From contig CAWIIV010000015.1 of the NCBI GenBank assembly GCA_963836205.1, positions 256,001-320,000 of the forward strand: DNA of 64,000 nt, in the 5' to 3' direction. Source of the DNA: an uncultured Acidimicrobiia bacterium (GTDB lineage: Bacteria > Actinomycetota > Acidimicrobiia > Acidimicrobiales > AC-14). This document shows, one piece after another, positions 30,871 to 44,210 of the stretch. Every line of letters begins with the position of its first letter. The first letter of the stretch is position 1. The position numbers and the translations under genes were made by a program. The notes beneath the pieces were generated by a model that had not been told where the DNA came from, did no database searches, and saw only the letters and a list, made by a program, of their open reading frames with translations.

Positions 30871-31892
30871 GGCGCCGACGATCCGGCCGTGCCCGCCTCC
30901 GCGCCGGCCACGACCGGCAGCGCGTCGCGGAGGGCGGCCAGGACCTCGGCCACCGGGCGGTCGGACGTGAACCCGGCCGCCGCCTTGTGCCCGCCCCCGC
31001 CGAAGTTGGTGGCCAACACCCCGACGTCGAAGTCGGTGACGGCCCGCAGGGACACCTTGGTGCCCTCGGGCGACTCCTTGAGCACGGCCGACACGTCGGC
31101 CTCGGTGGCCCGGCGGATGAGGTCGATGAGGCCCTCGGTCTCCTCGATGTCGACGCCGTGTCGGGCCAGGTCGTCGGCCGACACCCAGGTGGCCACGAAC
31201 CGGCGGTCGGGGTCGAGCACCGCTCGTTGCAGGGCGTCGCCGGCCAGGCGCAGGTAGGCCAGGCGGTGTTGCTCGAACAGCTGGCGGTTGATGGCCGGGA
31301 TGGGCAGGTCGTAGCCGGACAACTCCTCGGCCAGGGCGAAGACCTGGGGTGTGGTGGCTTCGTACTGGAAGCGGCCGGTGTCGCACACCAGCCCGGTGTA
31401 GAGGCACACCGCCGCGTCGTGGGTGAGGGGCCAGCCCAGGCGCTCGAACAGCCGGCGGACGATCACGGCCGACGCCGCCGCGGTGGCATCGATGAGGTTG
31501 ATGGTGCCGTAGCCCTCGTTGGTGACGTGGTGGTCGACGACGATCAGCTCCCGGGCCGCCTGGGCGGGCGAACCCAGCTCGGCCAGCCGGGCCAGCGAGC
31601 CGCAGTCGAGGGTGATCATGAGGTCGGGGGCGGCCGGGAAGTCGGCCGGCTTGGTGACCAGCTCCAGCCCCGGCAGGAAGGAGTAGTGGGGGGCGACCAC
31701 GAACGGCTCCGGCCACGACGAGACCACCTTGTGGCCGGCGGCCGTCGCCAGGTGGTGGATGGCGAGCATGGAGCCGAGGGCGTCGCCGTCGGGAGTGTGG
31801 TGGCAGGCGAGGGCGAGGGTGCCGGTGTTGGCCGAGATCACCTCCGCCGCTCGGTCGAGCACCTCCGACTCCCGGTTCCCCTCAGCCATCAT
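30867..31892 (-). CDS. nrnA: DHH family nanoRNase/pAp phosphatase
   Basis: H.TPDGDALGS, DHH, DTGRF, GGGGHKAAAG. Confidence 0.92.
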   Translation of the reverse strand: MMAEGNRESEVLDRAAEVISANTGTLALACHHTPDGDALGSMLAIHHLATAAGHKVVSSWPEPFVVAPHYSFLPGLELVTKPADFPAAPDLMITLDCGSLARLAELGSPAQAARELIVVDHHVTNEGYGTINLIDATAAASAVIVRRLFERLGWPLTHDAAVCLYTGLVCDTGRFQYEATTPQVFALAEELSGYDLPIPAINRQLFEQHRLAYLRLAGDALQRAVLDPDRRFVATWVSADDLARHGVDIEETEGLIDLIRRATEADVSAVLKESPEGTKVSLRAVTDFDVGVLATNFGGGGHKAAAGFTSDRPVAEVLAALRDALPVVAGAEAGTAGSSAP

Positions 31893-32259
31893 CCTCCCCA
31901 ATCTGGAGGCCCCGAAGGATGTCCTCCACCCGGGCGCCGGCCGTGATCGCCGGATCGGGGTGGAACACCAACTCGGGGGTCCGCTTCAACCGTAGCTGGC
32001 GGGCGAGTGCTTTCTGTAGCCGGACCCGGTGCTCGCCCATGATGGCCGCGACCTTGTCGTCGGGAAGCGCGTTCCGCTGGGAGAGGGAGGAGAACCACAC
32101 CTTGGCGTGACGCATGTCGGGATCGACCCTCACCCCCGTCACCGTCACCAGCCCCAGGCGCTCGTCGCCGATCAGCTCCAACTCGTCGGCCACCACCTCC
32201 TGCACCGCGTGGTTGACCCGGTCGAGGCGCCCCGGGCGACGCTTGCTCTGATCAGGCAT
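31882..32259 (-). CDS. rbfA: Ribosome-binding factor A
   Basis: VTVTGVRVDPDMRHAKV, LKRTPELVF..D. Confidence 0.95.
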   Translation of the reverse strand: MPDQSKRRPGRLDRVNHAVQEVVADELELIGDERLGLVTVTGVRVDPDMRHAKVWFSSLSQRNALPDDKVAAIMGEHRVRLQKALARQLRLKRTPELVFHPDPAITAGARVEDILRGLQIGEDDG

Positions 32260-32273
32260 TGGGCTTGCTCTGG

Positions 32274-32567
32274 TCAGGCACCGGTTGGCACCCACTCCGT
32301 CTCGAACCGGCACACCTCGACGTCGGGCCGGCTCCACACCCACCGCTCCACCGACTCGACCACCTCCTGGGCGTGGCCCGCGGTGGCCGACACCACCGCC
32401 ACTCCCACCTCGGCCCGCTGCCACTTGTCCTGGAAGTCGGTCTCGGCAACGGAGAGCGAGAACTTGTGGCGCAGCCCCTCCACGATCGGCTTGAGCACGG
32501 CCCGCTTCTCCTTCAACGAGCGCGCCGAAGGGATGTGGAGCTCGATGCGTATGACTGCGACGTGCAT
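32274..32567 (-). CDS. DUF503 (YlxP) protein
   Basis: ELHIP.ARSLKEKR, SVAETDFQDKWQR; located between infB and rbfA. Confidence 0.9.
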   Translation of the reverse strand: MHVAVIRIELHIPSARSLKEKRAVLKPIVEGLRHKFSLSVAETDFQDKWQRAEVGVAVVSATAGHAQEVVESVERWVWSRPDVEVCRFETEWVPTGA

Positions 32568-32572
32568 GAGAA

Positions 32573-36298
<3,726 letters not shown>

Positions 36299-36306
36299 GT
36301 GCTGTG

Positions 36307-36621
36307 TCAGGTCCTTTCTCCGGCCGGTGGCCGGTCCTGCTCCAACTTCTCTATCCTCCCACGCCTTGCCAGAGTGGTTCGAAGTGGCTCGATGGCAGAG
36401 CCACCCACCTCCGTCCGCAAGGCCCGGGAGAAGGCCCGCTTTCGTGCTGCGGCGTCGAGGCAATCGGCCGACCCGGCGCACAGCCACGCCCCCCGCCCGG
36501 GCAACGACCGTCCTTCCAGGAGCTGACCGCCGGGGCCCGCCACCACCCGTACCAGCTCGTCCGCCGGTGCCGTCCTGCGGCAGCCGATACACGTACGAAC
36601 AGGCGTCGCCCTCGCCGCTAT
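36307..36621 (-). CDS. ylxR: YlxR/RnpM family RNA-binding protein
   Basis: PVRTCIGCR, ELVRVV, PGRGAWLC, AFSRALR; located between nusA and infB; start uncertain (possibly ATA 36621). Confidence 0.88.
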   Translation of the reverse strand: MAARATPVRTCIGCRRTAPADELVRVVAGPGGQLLEGRSLPGRGAWLCAGSADCLDAAARKRAFSRALRTEVGGSAIEPLRTTLARRGRIEKLEQDRPPAGERT

Positions 36622-37853
36622 TCCTCCCCTTCCTTCGTACTCGCCGGGGCCGTGCTCGTCTCGGGCACGCTCGCCTCCGCCAGGCTCACGTCCGGCGCGG
36701 TCGCCGCCACCGGCTCGGCGGCGTCCGACGACTCCGCTGACTCCGCCTCCGGTGCCTCCGACCACGCCTCCGCGGTCAGCGCCTCGCCGCCCTCGGCCGG
36801 CTGCCAAACCATCTCGCCGGCGTCGTTCGTCACCCATTCGCCCTCGGCCCAGTCCTCGTTGGCGTAGGCCGTCTCTTCCTCGATGAGCTGGGTCTCGCTC
36901 TTGATGTCGACCCGCCAGCCGGTGAGGCGGGCGGCCAAGCGGGCGTTCTGGCCCTCCTTGCCGATGGCCAGCGACAGCTGGTAGTCGGGCACGATGACCT
37001 CGGCGGTGCCGGTCTCCTCGTTGACCCGCACTTCCTTGACCCGGGCCGGCGACAGCGCCTTCATCACGAACTCGGACGGGTCCTCGGAGAAGGGGACGAT
37101 GTCGACCTTCTCCCCCCGCAGCTCGTTGACCACCATGCGCACGCGGGCCCCCCGGGCGCCGACGCAGGCCCCGACCGGGTCGACGTTGTGGTCGTTGGAC
37201 CACACCGCGATCTTGGTGCGGTGCCCGGGCTCACGGGCCACCGCCTTCAGCTCGACCACGCCGTCGCTGATCTCGGGGACCTCGAGCTCGAACAGGCGCT
37301 TGATGAGGCCGGGGTGGGTGCGGCTGACCACGATCTGGGGACCCTTGGTGGTCTTTCGCACCTCGACGATGTAGGCCTTCAGCCGGGCGCCATGCTCGTA
37401 ACGCTCGTAGGGCACCTGCTCCGCCTGGGGCAGCAGGGCCTCCACCCGACCGAGGTCGAGGAGGGTGTAGCGCTGGTCGTTCTGCTGGATGATCCCGGTG
37501 ACGATGTCGCCCTCGCGGCCGGCGTACTCCTCGTACTTCATCTCCCGCTCCACCTCGCGGATGCGCTGGAGGATGACCTGCTTGGCCGTCTGGGCCGCGA
37601 TGCGACCGAAGTCGTCGGGGGTGTCCTCCCATTCCCGGACGACGTTGCCGTCGTCGTCGAGCTCCTGGGCGTAGACGTGCATCTCCCCCGTGTCGGGGTC
37701 GATCGTGACGATCGCCTCCTCGGCCGCCTTGGGCATGCGCTTGTACGCCGAGACCAGGGCGTTGGCGAGCGCCTCGAGGAGCGTCTCCACCGAGACACCC
37801 TTCTCCCGCTCGATGACCTGGAGGGCTTCCATCAGCTCGAAGTTGGCCGTCAT
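36618..37853 (-). CDS. nusA: Transcription termination factor NusA
   Basis: [41 protein letters not shown]. Confidence 0.97.
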   Translation of the reverse strand: MTANFELMEALQVIEREKGVSVETLLEALANALVSAYKRMPKAAEEAIVTIDPDTGEMHVYAQELDDDGNVVREWEDTPDDFGRIAAQTAKQVILQRIREVEREMKYEEYAGREGDIVTGIIQQNDQRYTLLDLGRVEALLPQAEQVPYERYEHGARLKAYIVEVRKTTKGPQIVVSRTHPGLIKRLFELEVPEISDGVVELKAVAREPGHRTKIAVWSNDHNVDPVGACVGARGARVRMVVNELRGEKVDIVPFSEDPSEFVMKALSPARVKEVRVNEETGTAEVIVPDYQLSLAIGKEGQNARLAARLTGWRVDIKSETQLIEEETAYANEDWAEGEWVTNDAGEMVWQPAEGGEALTAEAWSEAPEAESAESSDAAEPVAATAPDVSLAEASVPETSTAPASTKEGEE

Positions 37854-38338
37854 GAGGCCACCTTCCGGGCCTTGGCCTGGGTGGGCTTGGCCGACGCCAC
37901 CGGCCAGACGAACCGGGTGCGGGCCCGCTCGATGTCGGCGTAGGCCAGGCGGCGGCCGGCCACGACCACCCCGTCGTCGTCGGCGGACTCCAGGGCCCCT
38001 TCGAACCGGCGCTCGCCGGCGGCACCGGGATGGGTGCGGCCCACGACCTCGCTGCCGACGAAGCGCCGGAAGTGGTCGGGCGTGCGCAGCGGCCGCTCGA
38101 TGCCGGGGCTGGAGACCTCGAGGGTGTAGGTGCCGGGGACGACGTCGTTCACGTCGAGCTCTCCCGAGACGACGGTGGTCGCCTGGCTGACGGCTTCGAT
38201 GTCGACGCCCTCGGGGCGATCGACGGTGACGCGCAGCTGCGCACCCTGGAAGACGACGTCGACGACCTCGAAGCCGACGGCCGCAAGAGGGGGCTCGACG
38301 AGCTCTCGCACGCGCGTCGTCACGTTCGGCTCAGCCAC
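37850..38338 (-). CDS. rimP: Ribosome maturation factor RimP
   Basis: YTLEVSSPGIERPL; directly upstream of nusA. Confidence 0.95.
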   Translation of the reverse strand: MAEPNVTTRVRELVEPPLAAVGFEVVDVVFQGAQLRVTVDRPEGVDIEAVSQATTVVSGELDVNDVVPGTYTLEVSSPGIERPLRTPDHFRRFVGSEVVGRTHPGAAGERRFEGALESADDDGVVVAGRRLAYADIERARTRFVWPVASAKPTQAKARKVAS

Positions 38339-38526
38339 CCCGTCACCCCTTTCCCTTCTCGTACCTGGCAGACAAAAGCGTGGGCCACCTGCCCACGCTC
38401 GGTCACCACCTCGGAATAGACGAACTAGTCAGGTCGAGTATAGACGGCCCTCACCGGAGGCCCGGTCGCGGCGCGCAGCCCCGAAATCGGCCCCCGCCAG
38501 GGTGGCCGTGGGCGACCATGGAGGCC

Positions 38527-39120
38527 ATGCGGGTCGACATCGTGGTCTTCGACGGGGTCGACGAGCTGGACGCCCTCGGCCCCCTGGAGGTCTTCCGCCG
38601 GGCGGGGAAGGCGGGCGGCGGCATCACGGTCCGCCTGGTGACACGAGTCGTCCAGGAGGTGGTGCGGGGCGCCCACGGGCTGGTCTTTTCCGCCGACGCC
38701 GTCTACCAGCCGGGCGCCGACATCCTGCTCGTGCCCGGGGGCGGGTGGTCGGGCCGCGCCGACGTGGGGGCGTGGGGCGAGGTACAGCGGGGCCACTGGC
38801 TGCCGCTGCTGGCCGAGGCCCGGGCCACCTCCGCCTGCCTGGCCGGGGTCTGCACCGGGACGATGCTGCTGGCCCACGCCGGCCTGGTGGAGGGTCGGCG
38901 GGCATCGACCCACCACCTGGCCCTCGACGACCTCCGGGCCGCGGGCGCAGTCGTGGTGGCCGAGCGGGTGGTCGACGACGGCGACCTGGTCACGTGCGGG
39001 GGTATCACCAGCGGCCTCGACCTGGCCCTGTGGCTGGTCGAGCGGGAGGTTTCGGCCGCCGTTGCCGACGAGGTGGCCGCGGGGATCGAGTACCGGCGGT
39101 ACCGCGTCGAGCCCCGTTAG
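38527..39120 (+). CDS. DJ-1/PfpI family protein
   Basis: FDGVDELD..GP.EVF, LVPGG, VCTG nucleophile, GGITSGLDLAL. Confidence 0.9.
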   Translation: MRVDIVVFDGVDELDALGPLEVFRRAGKAGGGITVRLVTRVVQEVVRGAHGLVFSADAVYQPGADILLVPGGGWSGRADVGAWGEVQRGHWLPLLAEARATSACLAGVCTGTMLLAHAGLVEGRRASTHHLALDDLRAAGAVVVAERVVDDGDLVTCGGITSGLDLALWLVEREVSAAVADEVAAGIEYRRYRVEPR

Positions 39121-39686
39121 CCGAGCACGCCCTGGGCCACCAGGAGAAGCCCGAAGACCACGAACGAGACCGCGGCGCCGATCTTGATCGCCCGCTGCGG
39201 GAGGCGCCGCCCGAGCTGGCCCCCGACCACGATCGCCAGGCCGTCGGCCGCGACCATGCCGAGGGTCGACCCGGCCCACGTGCCTACCACCCCCTCGGTG
39301 GTGGCGAGGGTGACAGTGGCGAGCATGGTCTTGTCGCCCAACTCGGCCAGGAAGAAGGCCACGGCCGCTGCCACCACGGCCGAGCGCGCCGATCGCGCCG
39401 CCCTCGACTCGTCGGCCTCGTCGAGCCGGTCGCCCCGAACGGTCCAGGCGGCGAAGCCCAGGAAGGCGAGGCCGGCGACCACGTTGATCGGCCTCGTCGG
39501 CAGGGCCGCGCCGAGGAGGGCCCCGGCCAGCACCGAGAAGGCGTGGACCACCGCGGTGGCGACGGTGATGCCGACGAGGATCGGCGCCGGTGGGTACCGG
39601 GCGGCGAAGGCGAGGGCCATAAGCTGGCTCTTGTCGCCCAACTCGGCCACGAAGATGATCCCGAAGCTGACGAGGAAGGCGTGCAC
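39117..39686 (-). CDS. TMEM165/GDT1 (UPF0016) cation transporter
   Basis: Two signature motifs, AELGDKSQ and AELGDKTM. Confidence 0.92.
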   Translation of the reverse strand: MHAFLVSFGIIFVAELGDKSQLMALAFAARYPPAPILVGITVATAVVHAFSVLAGALLGAALPTRPINVVAGLAFLGFAAWTVRGDRLDEADESRAARSARSAVVAAAVAFFLAELGDKTMLATVTLATTEGVVGTWAGSTLGMVAADGLAIVVGGQLGRRLPQRAIKIGAAVSFVVFGLLLVAQGVLG

Positions 39687-39715
39687 GCAGGCGCCAGTCT
39701 CGCCGCCACCGCCCG

Positions 39716-39887
39716 AACTGGTGACGGATCTGGTCGCCAGGACCACCGAAAACGTCACCGGTTGGTGGCGCCGCCCGAACTGGTGACGGGTCTGGTCGCC
39801 AGGACCACCGAAAACGTCACCGGTTGGTGGCGCCGCCCGAACCGGTGACGGATCTGGTCGCCAGGACCACCGAAAACGTCACCGGCG
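39716..39887. repeat. Three tandem copies (62-bp period) of the 48-bp hairpin element
   Basis: 39716-39763, 39778-39825 and 39840-39887, nearly identical. Confidence 0.9.
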
Positions 39888-39895
39888 GCGGGCGG

Positions 39896-40459
39896 CTACT
39901 TGTGGCCGGGGAAGACGTCGGTCTCGGATTCGTGCCAGACGGGGTGGTCGCCCGAGGTCTCGACGTTGAAGCCGTAGTCGTAGGCGAGCCCCCCGCCGAT
40001 GGTGCCCCCGAGCATGGTGAGCAGGGCAGCCAGCAGGCTGAGGGTGAGCACGGCCACGCCGGTGTGGGTGTCGGCGTCGTAGACCAGCCAGCGCAGGGCG
40101 ACGTCGACCAGCACGAGCACCGTCACTGCGATCATGGTCCAGGCGTGGGCGTTCACCGTCCGCCGGGCCTGCGTGCCCTTCTTGGTGGACTTCAGCCAGT
40201 CCCAGTAACCGGTGAGGGCGGCCAGAAGCGACACCGCGGCCCCGCCGATCATGGTGAACGTGCCCGCCCGGTAGAAGTCGCGGGCCCATTCCTGGTCCTG
40301 GCCGACGAACGAGATCACGTCGAAGGCGGCCACCAGCATGTAGGCGCCGATCGGGATGTCGGTGAGCGGCGGGTGGAGGGGCTTGCCCGCCCACCCCCGC
40401 AGGCCCTTGAACTTCCGGCCCTTGAACGTGAGCGAGGGGCGGAACGACAGCTTCCTCAT
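39896..40459 (-). CDS. DUF2231 family membrane protein
   Basis: GKPLHPPLTDIPIG, TG..DW, H.W, GG..GG.L.Y. Confidence 0.8.
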   Translation of the reverse strand: MRKLSFRPSLTFKGRKFKGLRGWAGKPLHPPLTDIPIGAYMLVAAFDVISFVGQDQEWARDFYRAGTFTMIGGAAVSLLAALTGYWDWLKSTKKGTQARRTVNAHAWTMIAVTVLVLVDVALRWLVYDADTHTGVAVLTLSLLAALLTMLGGTIGGGLAYDYGFNVETSGDHPVWHESETDVFPGHK

Positions 40460-41178
40460 GGTCGTCTCCTTGTCGGGCCTGCGGTTTTGGAGCGAGTGGC
40501 GCCGAGCCGCACGCAACAGCTCTGCTCGTCGGGCTGGAGTCGGGCGGTGTACGGGCGTCCGGGAAGGGCCCGGGCGAAGCCGTCGAGCAGGGCCAGGTTC
40601 ATGCCGCACACCAACGGCCGGTGGTCGACCACCAGGGCGTGGAACGGGCAGTTGGCCAGGGCGACCTCCCCGCCGTCGGCGACCGGCTCGTAGCCATTGT
40701 CGGCCAGCACGCCGATGACGTCGAGGGCGTCGCCGTCAGCACCCGTCGCCGAGGCCTCGGTGGCCAGCGCCGCCCCCCGGGCCCGCGCCAGGCGGACGAG
40801 GGCGGCGTCGACCGCCTCCCCCGTGGCTGTCGACTCGTGCACCGCGGCGGCAAGCAGCGACGCGGCCAGGTCGTAGTGCCGCGGCGGAAGGCTGACGGCG
40901 ACGTCAGCGTCTGCTCGCCGGTAGAGCTTCGTCGGACGTCCCCCGCCCCGCCCCGGTCGGCTCCCGAGGCGGCGGAACTCGACGTCGAGCAGCCTGTCGT
41001 CGACGAGCCGGTCGAGGTGGAAGGCGGCTGCGGCCCGGGTCACGCCGGTGGCCTCGGCCGCCTCCGCCCGGCTGACGGCCCGGTGCTGCCCGGCCACGAA
41101 CCGGTAGAGGGACCGGCGGAGGCGGTCGCCCAGGGCGGCCACCGCCGCCAGCCGGTCGTCGCCGTCTCGCTCGCCCAC
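40456..41178 (-). CDS. ArsR-like winged-HTH transcriptional regulator
   Basis: AAFHLDRLV..GRP.KLY, YDL...LLA, NCPFH, VCGMNL, CCV. Confidence 0.88.
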   Translation of the reverse strand: MGERDGDDRLAAVAALGDRLRRSLYRFVAGQHRAVSRAEAAEATGVTRAAAAFHLDRLVDDRLLDVEFRRLGSRPGRGGGRPTKLYRRADADVAVSLPPRHYDLAASLLAAAVHESTATGEAVDAALVRLARARGAALATEASATGADGDALDVIGVLADNGYEPVADGGEVALANCPFHALVVDHRPLVCGMNLALLDGFARALPGRPYTARLQPDEQSCCVRLGATRSKTAGPTRRRP

Positions 41179-41193
41179 GGGCGCATCGTATCG

Positions 41194-41221
41194 TCTAAAG
41201 TCGAGAGTTACATGCGTTAGA
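41194..41221. promoter_or_regulatory. Putative operator inverted repeat TCTAA-N18-TTAGA
   Basis: Lies in the AT-rich gap between the divergent HTH regulator and the folE remnant. Confidence 0.45.
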
Positions 41222-41233
41222 AGGAGACCACGA

Positions 41234-41413
41234 GTGAGCGCACCGGCGATCCCGATCACGCCCTCCGGCCACGATGGCCTCGACGTCCACCAGGCCGAGC
41301 GGGCGGTGCGTGACCTGTTGGTCGCCCTCGGCCAGGACCCGTCCTCCGAGCTCCTGCGCGACGACGCCCGCTCCCGGGCCGAGTTCCTCGCCCTCGCCGG
41401 GAATCGCTCCTGA
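41234..41413 (+). pseudogene. folE: Internally deleted GTP cyclohydrolase I remnant (59 codons)
   Basis: AAGGAG RBS; AERAVRDLLVALGQDP (FolE N-terminal helix) fused in frame to LLRDDARSRAEFLAL (FolE C-terminus). Confidence 0.7.
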
Positions 41414-41456
41414 CCAGGGGCTCAAGTTTTTCGCGCCTCCCACCGACAACCGGGGC

Positions 41457-42020
41457 GTGGCGCTGGATCAGGCTTTCGATCGGATCCTCTCGGCGGCCCG
41501 CAACGACGCCGGGTGGGCATACGACAGGCTCTACCGCGACCTGGCCCCGTCGGTGTGCGGGTACTTCCGGGTGCAGGGAGCACGGGACCCTGAGGACCTC
41601 ACCAACGAGGTCTTCCTGGGCGCCTTCCGGGGCCTGACCGGCTTCTCCGGGGGCGAGGACCAGTTTCGTTCGTGGGTGTTCACCATCGCCCACCGCCGGC
41701 TCACCGACGATCGGCGGCAGGCCGCCATCCGTCCGCCGCTGGCCGGCTTCCACGACGACGACCGTGACGAGGACGACCTCTACGGTGGCGACGCCGAGGA
41801 GGACGCTCTCCGGCGGATGAGCGCGGCGCGGGTGCGAACCCTGTGCGACACGCTCTCCCACGACCAGCGGGACGTGCTTCTCCTCCGCCTGGTGTCGGAC
41901 ATGACCGTCGACGCCGTCGCCGTCGCCCTCGACAAGACGCCGGGCGCGGTCAAGGCCCTGCAGCGGAGGGCGCTCACCGCCCTGCGCCAGAACCTGGTGC
42001 GGGAGGGCGTACCCATCTGA
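41457..42020 (+). CDS. ECF sigma factor
   Basis: EDLTNEVFL, FRSWVFTIAH, QRDVLLLR..GAVKALQRRAL. Confidence 0.92.
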   Translation: MALDQAFDRILSAARNDAGWAYDRLYRDLAPSVCGYFRVQGARDPEDLTNEVFLGAFRGLTGFSGGEDQFRSWVFTIAHRRLTDDRRQAAIRPPLAGFHDDDRDEDDLYGGDAEEDALRRMSAARVRTLCDTLSHDQRDVLLLRLVSDMTVDAVAVALDKTPGAVKALQRRALTALRQNLVREGVPI

Positions 42021-42046
42021 GCCATCCCGACGATCACCACGACGAG

Positions 42047-43366
42047 ATGCCCGACGACCTCATCCCGGATGATCTGGACGACCTTCCCTGGTTGGTCCCG
42101 TTCGTCCAGGACGTGCGCTTCGCCAGCAGTGGGCCGGTCCCCAGACCGAACCCGCAGCTGGCCGCCATCTTCGAGACGTCGGGTCTCTCCAACGACAAAG
42201 GCGACCTGCTGGCGACAGCAGCAAGCAACGTCCACGGGCCTGCGCCGCAGGCGGCCGGACTACCGAACTGGAGAAAGGAAACCTCAATGCCCCTTACGTT
42301 TCTCTCGGCGATGATCGCCAAGATCACCGGAGCAGGAGCAGCGGCCAAGGCCGCAGTCGCGACTGTTACCGCATTCGCAACCATGACCGTCGCCGGCGCC
42401 GCCGCCGGCGTCCTGCCCGAACCCATCCAGGGTGCCGTCGGCGGGGCCATCAACGCCATCAGCCCGCTGAACGTGCCCACCGGAGACCCGGCCGACACCG
42501 TCAGCGCGGCCACCGACCTGGTGAACGGCGTCGTCGGGTCCGTCCCGTCGCTGCCCGGCGCGTCCGGGGACCTGCCGGTCTCGGCCGACGCCACCGTGGG
42601 GACGCCCGCCGGCACCGTGTCGGTCGGAACGTCGGGCATCACCCTGCCCTCCATCCCCGACGTCACCATCCCCGACATCCCCACCCTCCCCAACCTGCCC
42701 GACCTCTCCAACATCCCGCTCCCCGCCCTTCCCGACGTCGGCCCGATCATCGACAACCTGCCGGTGCAGCTGCCGGCCTGCGTGAAGAGCCTGCTCCCGA
42801 CGTCCGGGGCGCTTCCCAACCCGACCGCCCTCGTGGCCCAGATCCCGACCTGCATCCAGACCGTGCTGGCCACCACCAACCTGCCGGTGAACGTGGCCGG
42901 CTGCGTGGCCTCGGTGCTGGGCACGGTGTCCGGCGTGCTGAACCCGGCCGGCCTCGGTAGCCTGCCCCAGCTCGACATCTCGGACTGCGCGCCGCTCGAC
43001 GTCAGCCACTGCACGACCAACGTGCTGGCCGCCACCGGCGTGTCCAATGTGCCCTTCGTGGGCGATCTGATGGAGTCGGTCTACGGCAGCTTCGGCAACT
43101 CGGTCGGAGGCGGCTTCAGCTTCCTCGGCATCAGCTTCAACTTCAACGTGCCGGGCCTGAACGCCATCCCCGCCGGATGCGTCCCGATCGACATCTCCCA
43201 GTGCCTCACCTCGGTGACCGGCAGCCTGGGTACCCTCCCGTCGACCGGCGCCGTGCCCCAGGTCGACCTGTCGGCCTGCATGCCGACCGGCCTCACCTCC
43301 GGCATCCCGGGTGTGGGTGGCGGAATCCCCGGCCTGAGCGGGATCCCCTTCTTCCCCTTCACGTAG
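42047..43366 (+). CDS. Putative anti-sigma or exported protein with Pro/Leu-rich, 8-Cys extracellular region
   Basis: Directly follows the ECF gene; short acidic N-domain, one hydrophobic helix, P-x-(I/L)-P repeats; internal SD plus ATG at 42287. Confidence 0.65.
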   Translation: MPDDLIPDDLDDLPWLVPFVQDVRFASSGPVPRPNPQLAAIFETSGLSNDKGDLLATAASNVHGPAPQAAGLPNWRKETSMPLTFLSAMIAKITGAGAAAKAAVATVTAFATMTVAGAAAGVLPEPIQGAVGGAINAISPLNVPTGDPADTVSAATDLVNGVVGSVPSLPGASGDLPVSADATVGTPAGTVSVGTSGITLPSIPDVTIPDIPTLPNLPDLSNIPLPALPDVGPIIDNLPVQLPACVKSLLPTSGALPNPTALVAQIPTCIQTVLATTNLPVNVAGCVASVLGTVSGVLNPAGLGSLPQLDISDCAPLDVSHCTTNVLAATGVSNVPFVGDLMESVYGSFGNSVGGGFSFLGISFNFNVPGLNAIPAGCVPIDISQCLTSVTGSLGTLPSTGAVPQVDLSACMPTGLTSGIPGVGGGIPGLSGIPFFPFT

Positions 43367-43448
43367 CCCAACCTTCAAGCGGCGCTCGAGGTCCCGCAGC
43401 CGGCCCCACGGTCCGGCGGCGGGACCTCGCCGCGTCCTGGGTCGGCCG

Positions 43449-44210
43449 TCAGGCCCGGGTCGCCACCATGGTGAGGCGGACGTAGTCGAGCGAGCAGGCG
43501 GGGAGGAGGGTGGTCACCCCGTCGAGGAGGGGCCGGCGTCGGGCCTCGGGGACGCGGTCGAGGTGCATGCGCAGGACCACCGTGGCCAGGAACGTCCGGA
43601 GGGCGTCGGTGCTCTCGAACGGCGTGGGCTCGTCGTGCAGCCAGGCGTCGGTGTCGACGAAGCCGGCCGCCTCCAGCCGGCGGACGGTCTCGGCAGGCGT
43701 GGCGAACAGCCACGGGAAGGGTTCGGACTGGCCCAGGGCCCGGAGGGCGTCGACGACGGTGGCGATGTTGCCGGCGCCGCCACATTGGGCCACCAGCCGG
43801 CCGCCGGGGCGGAGGACCGCGGCCAGGTGGGTGAACAGGCGGTCGTGGTCGAGGACCCAGTGGAAGGCGGCGGTGGAGACGACGGCGTCAACGGGCACAG
43901 CCACGGGCAACGGCTGGGCCAGGTCGGCCTCCACCAGCTCGACCCGGTCGCCGAACCGGGCCAGGCGGGCGCCGGCCTCCGCCAGCATCGACGGGGCCGC
44001 GTCGAGGGCGACCACCGTGACCCCCGGGAAACGGTCGAGCAGCTCCTCGGTGACGCGGCCGCTGCCGCAACCGGCGTCGAGCACCCGTTCGCCGCCCACG
44101 AGCTGGAGCCGGTCGAGCACCGCGCTCCCCCACCGGGCCTGGGGGTGGGCGATGCGGTCGTAGGTGGCGCCGTCCCAGTCGCCCGGCGGGCCCGGTTCCT
44201 GCGCCGTCAC
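43449..44210 (-). CDS. Class I SAM methyltransferase (Tam-like)
   Basis: WD..TY, VLDAGCGSG, S.AAFHWV, LRPGG. Confidence 0.9.
   Translation of the reverse strand: MTAQEPGPPGDWDGATYDRIAHPQARWGSAVLDRLQLVGGERVLDAGCGSGRVTEELLDRFPGVTVVALDAAPSMLAEAGARLARFGDRVELVEADLAQPLPVAVPVDAVVSTAAFHWVLDHDRLFTHLAAVLRPGGRLVAQCGGAGNIATVVDALRALGQSEPFPWLFATPAETVRRLEAAGFVDTDAWLHDEPTPFESTDALRTFLATVVLRMHLDRVPEARRRPLLDGVTTLLPACSLDYVRLTMVATRA

Noticed and set aside
39716-39887. Hairpin arrays as CRISPR or TIGR arrays
   Set aside because: The conserved parts are inverted arms, interiors within a locus are near-identical rather than unique spacers, arrays have at most 4 units, and there is no cas or tas gene in the window.
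42287-43366. 8-Cys domain as a hydrophobin or chaplin
   Set aside because: It lacks the adjacent CC pairs of hydrophobins and any recognisable chaplin motif.
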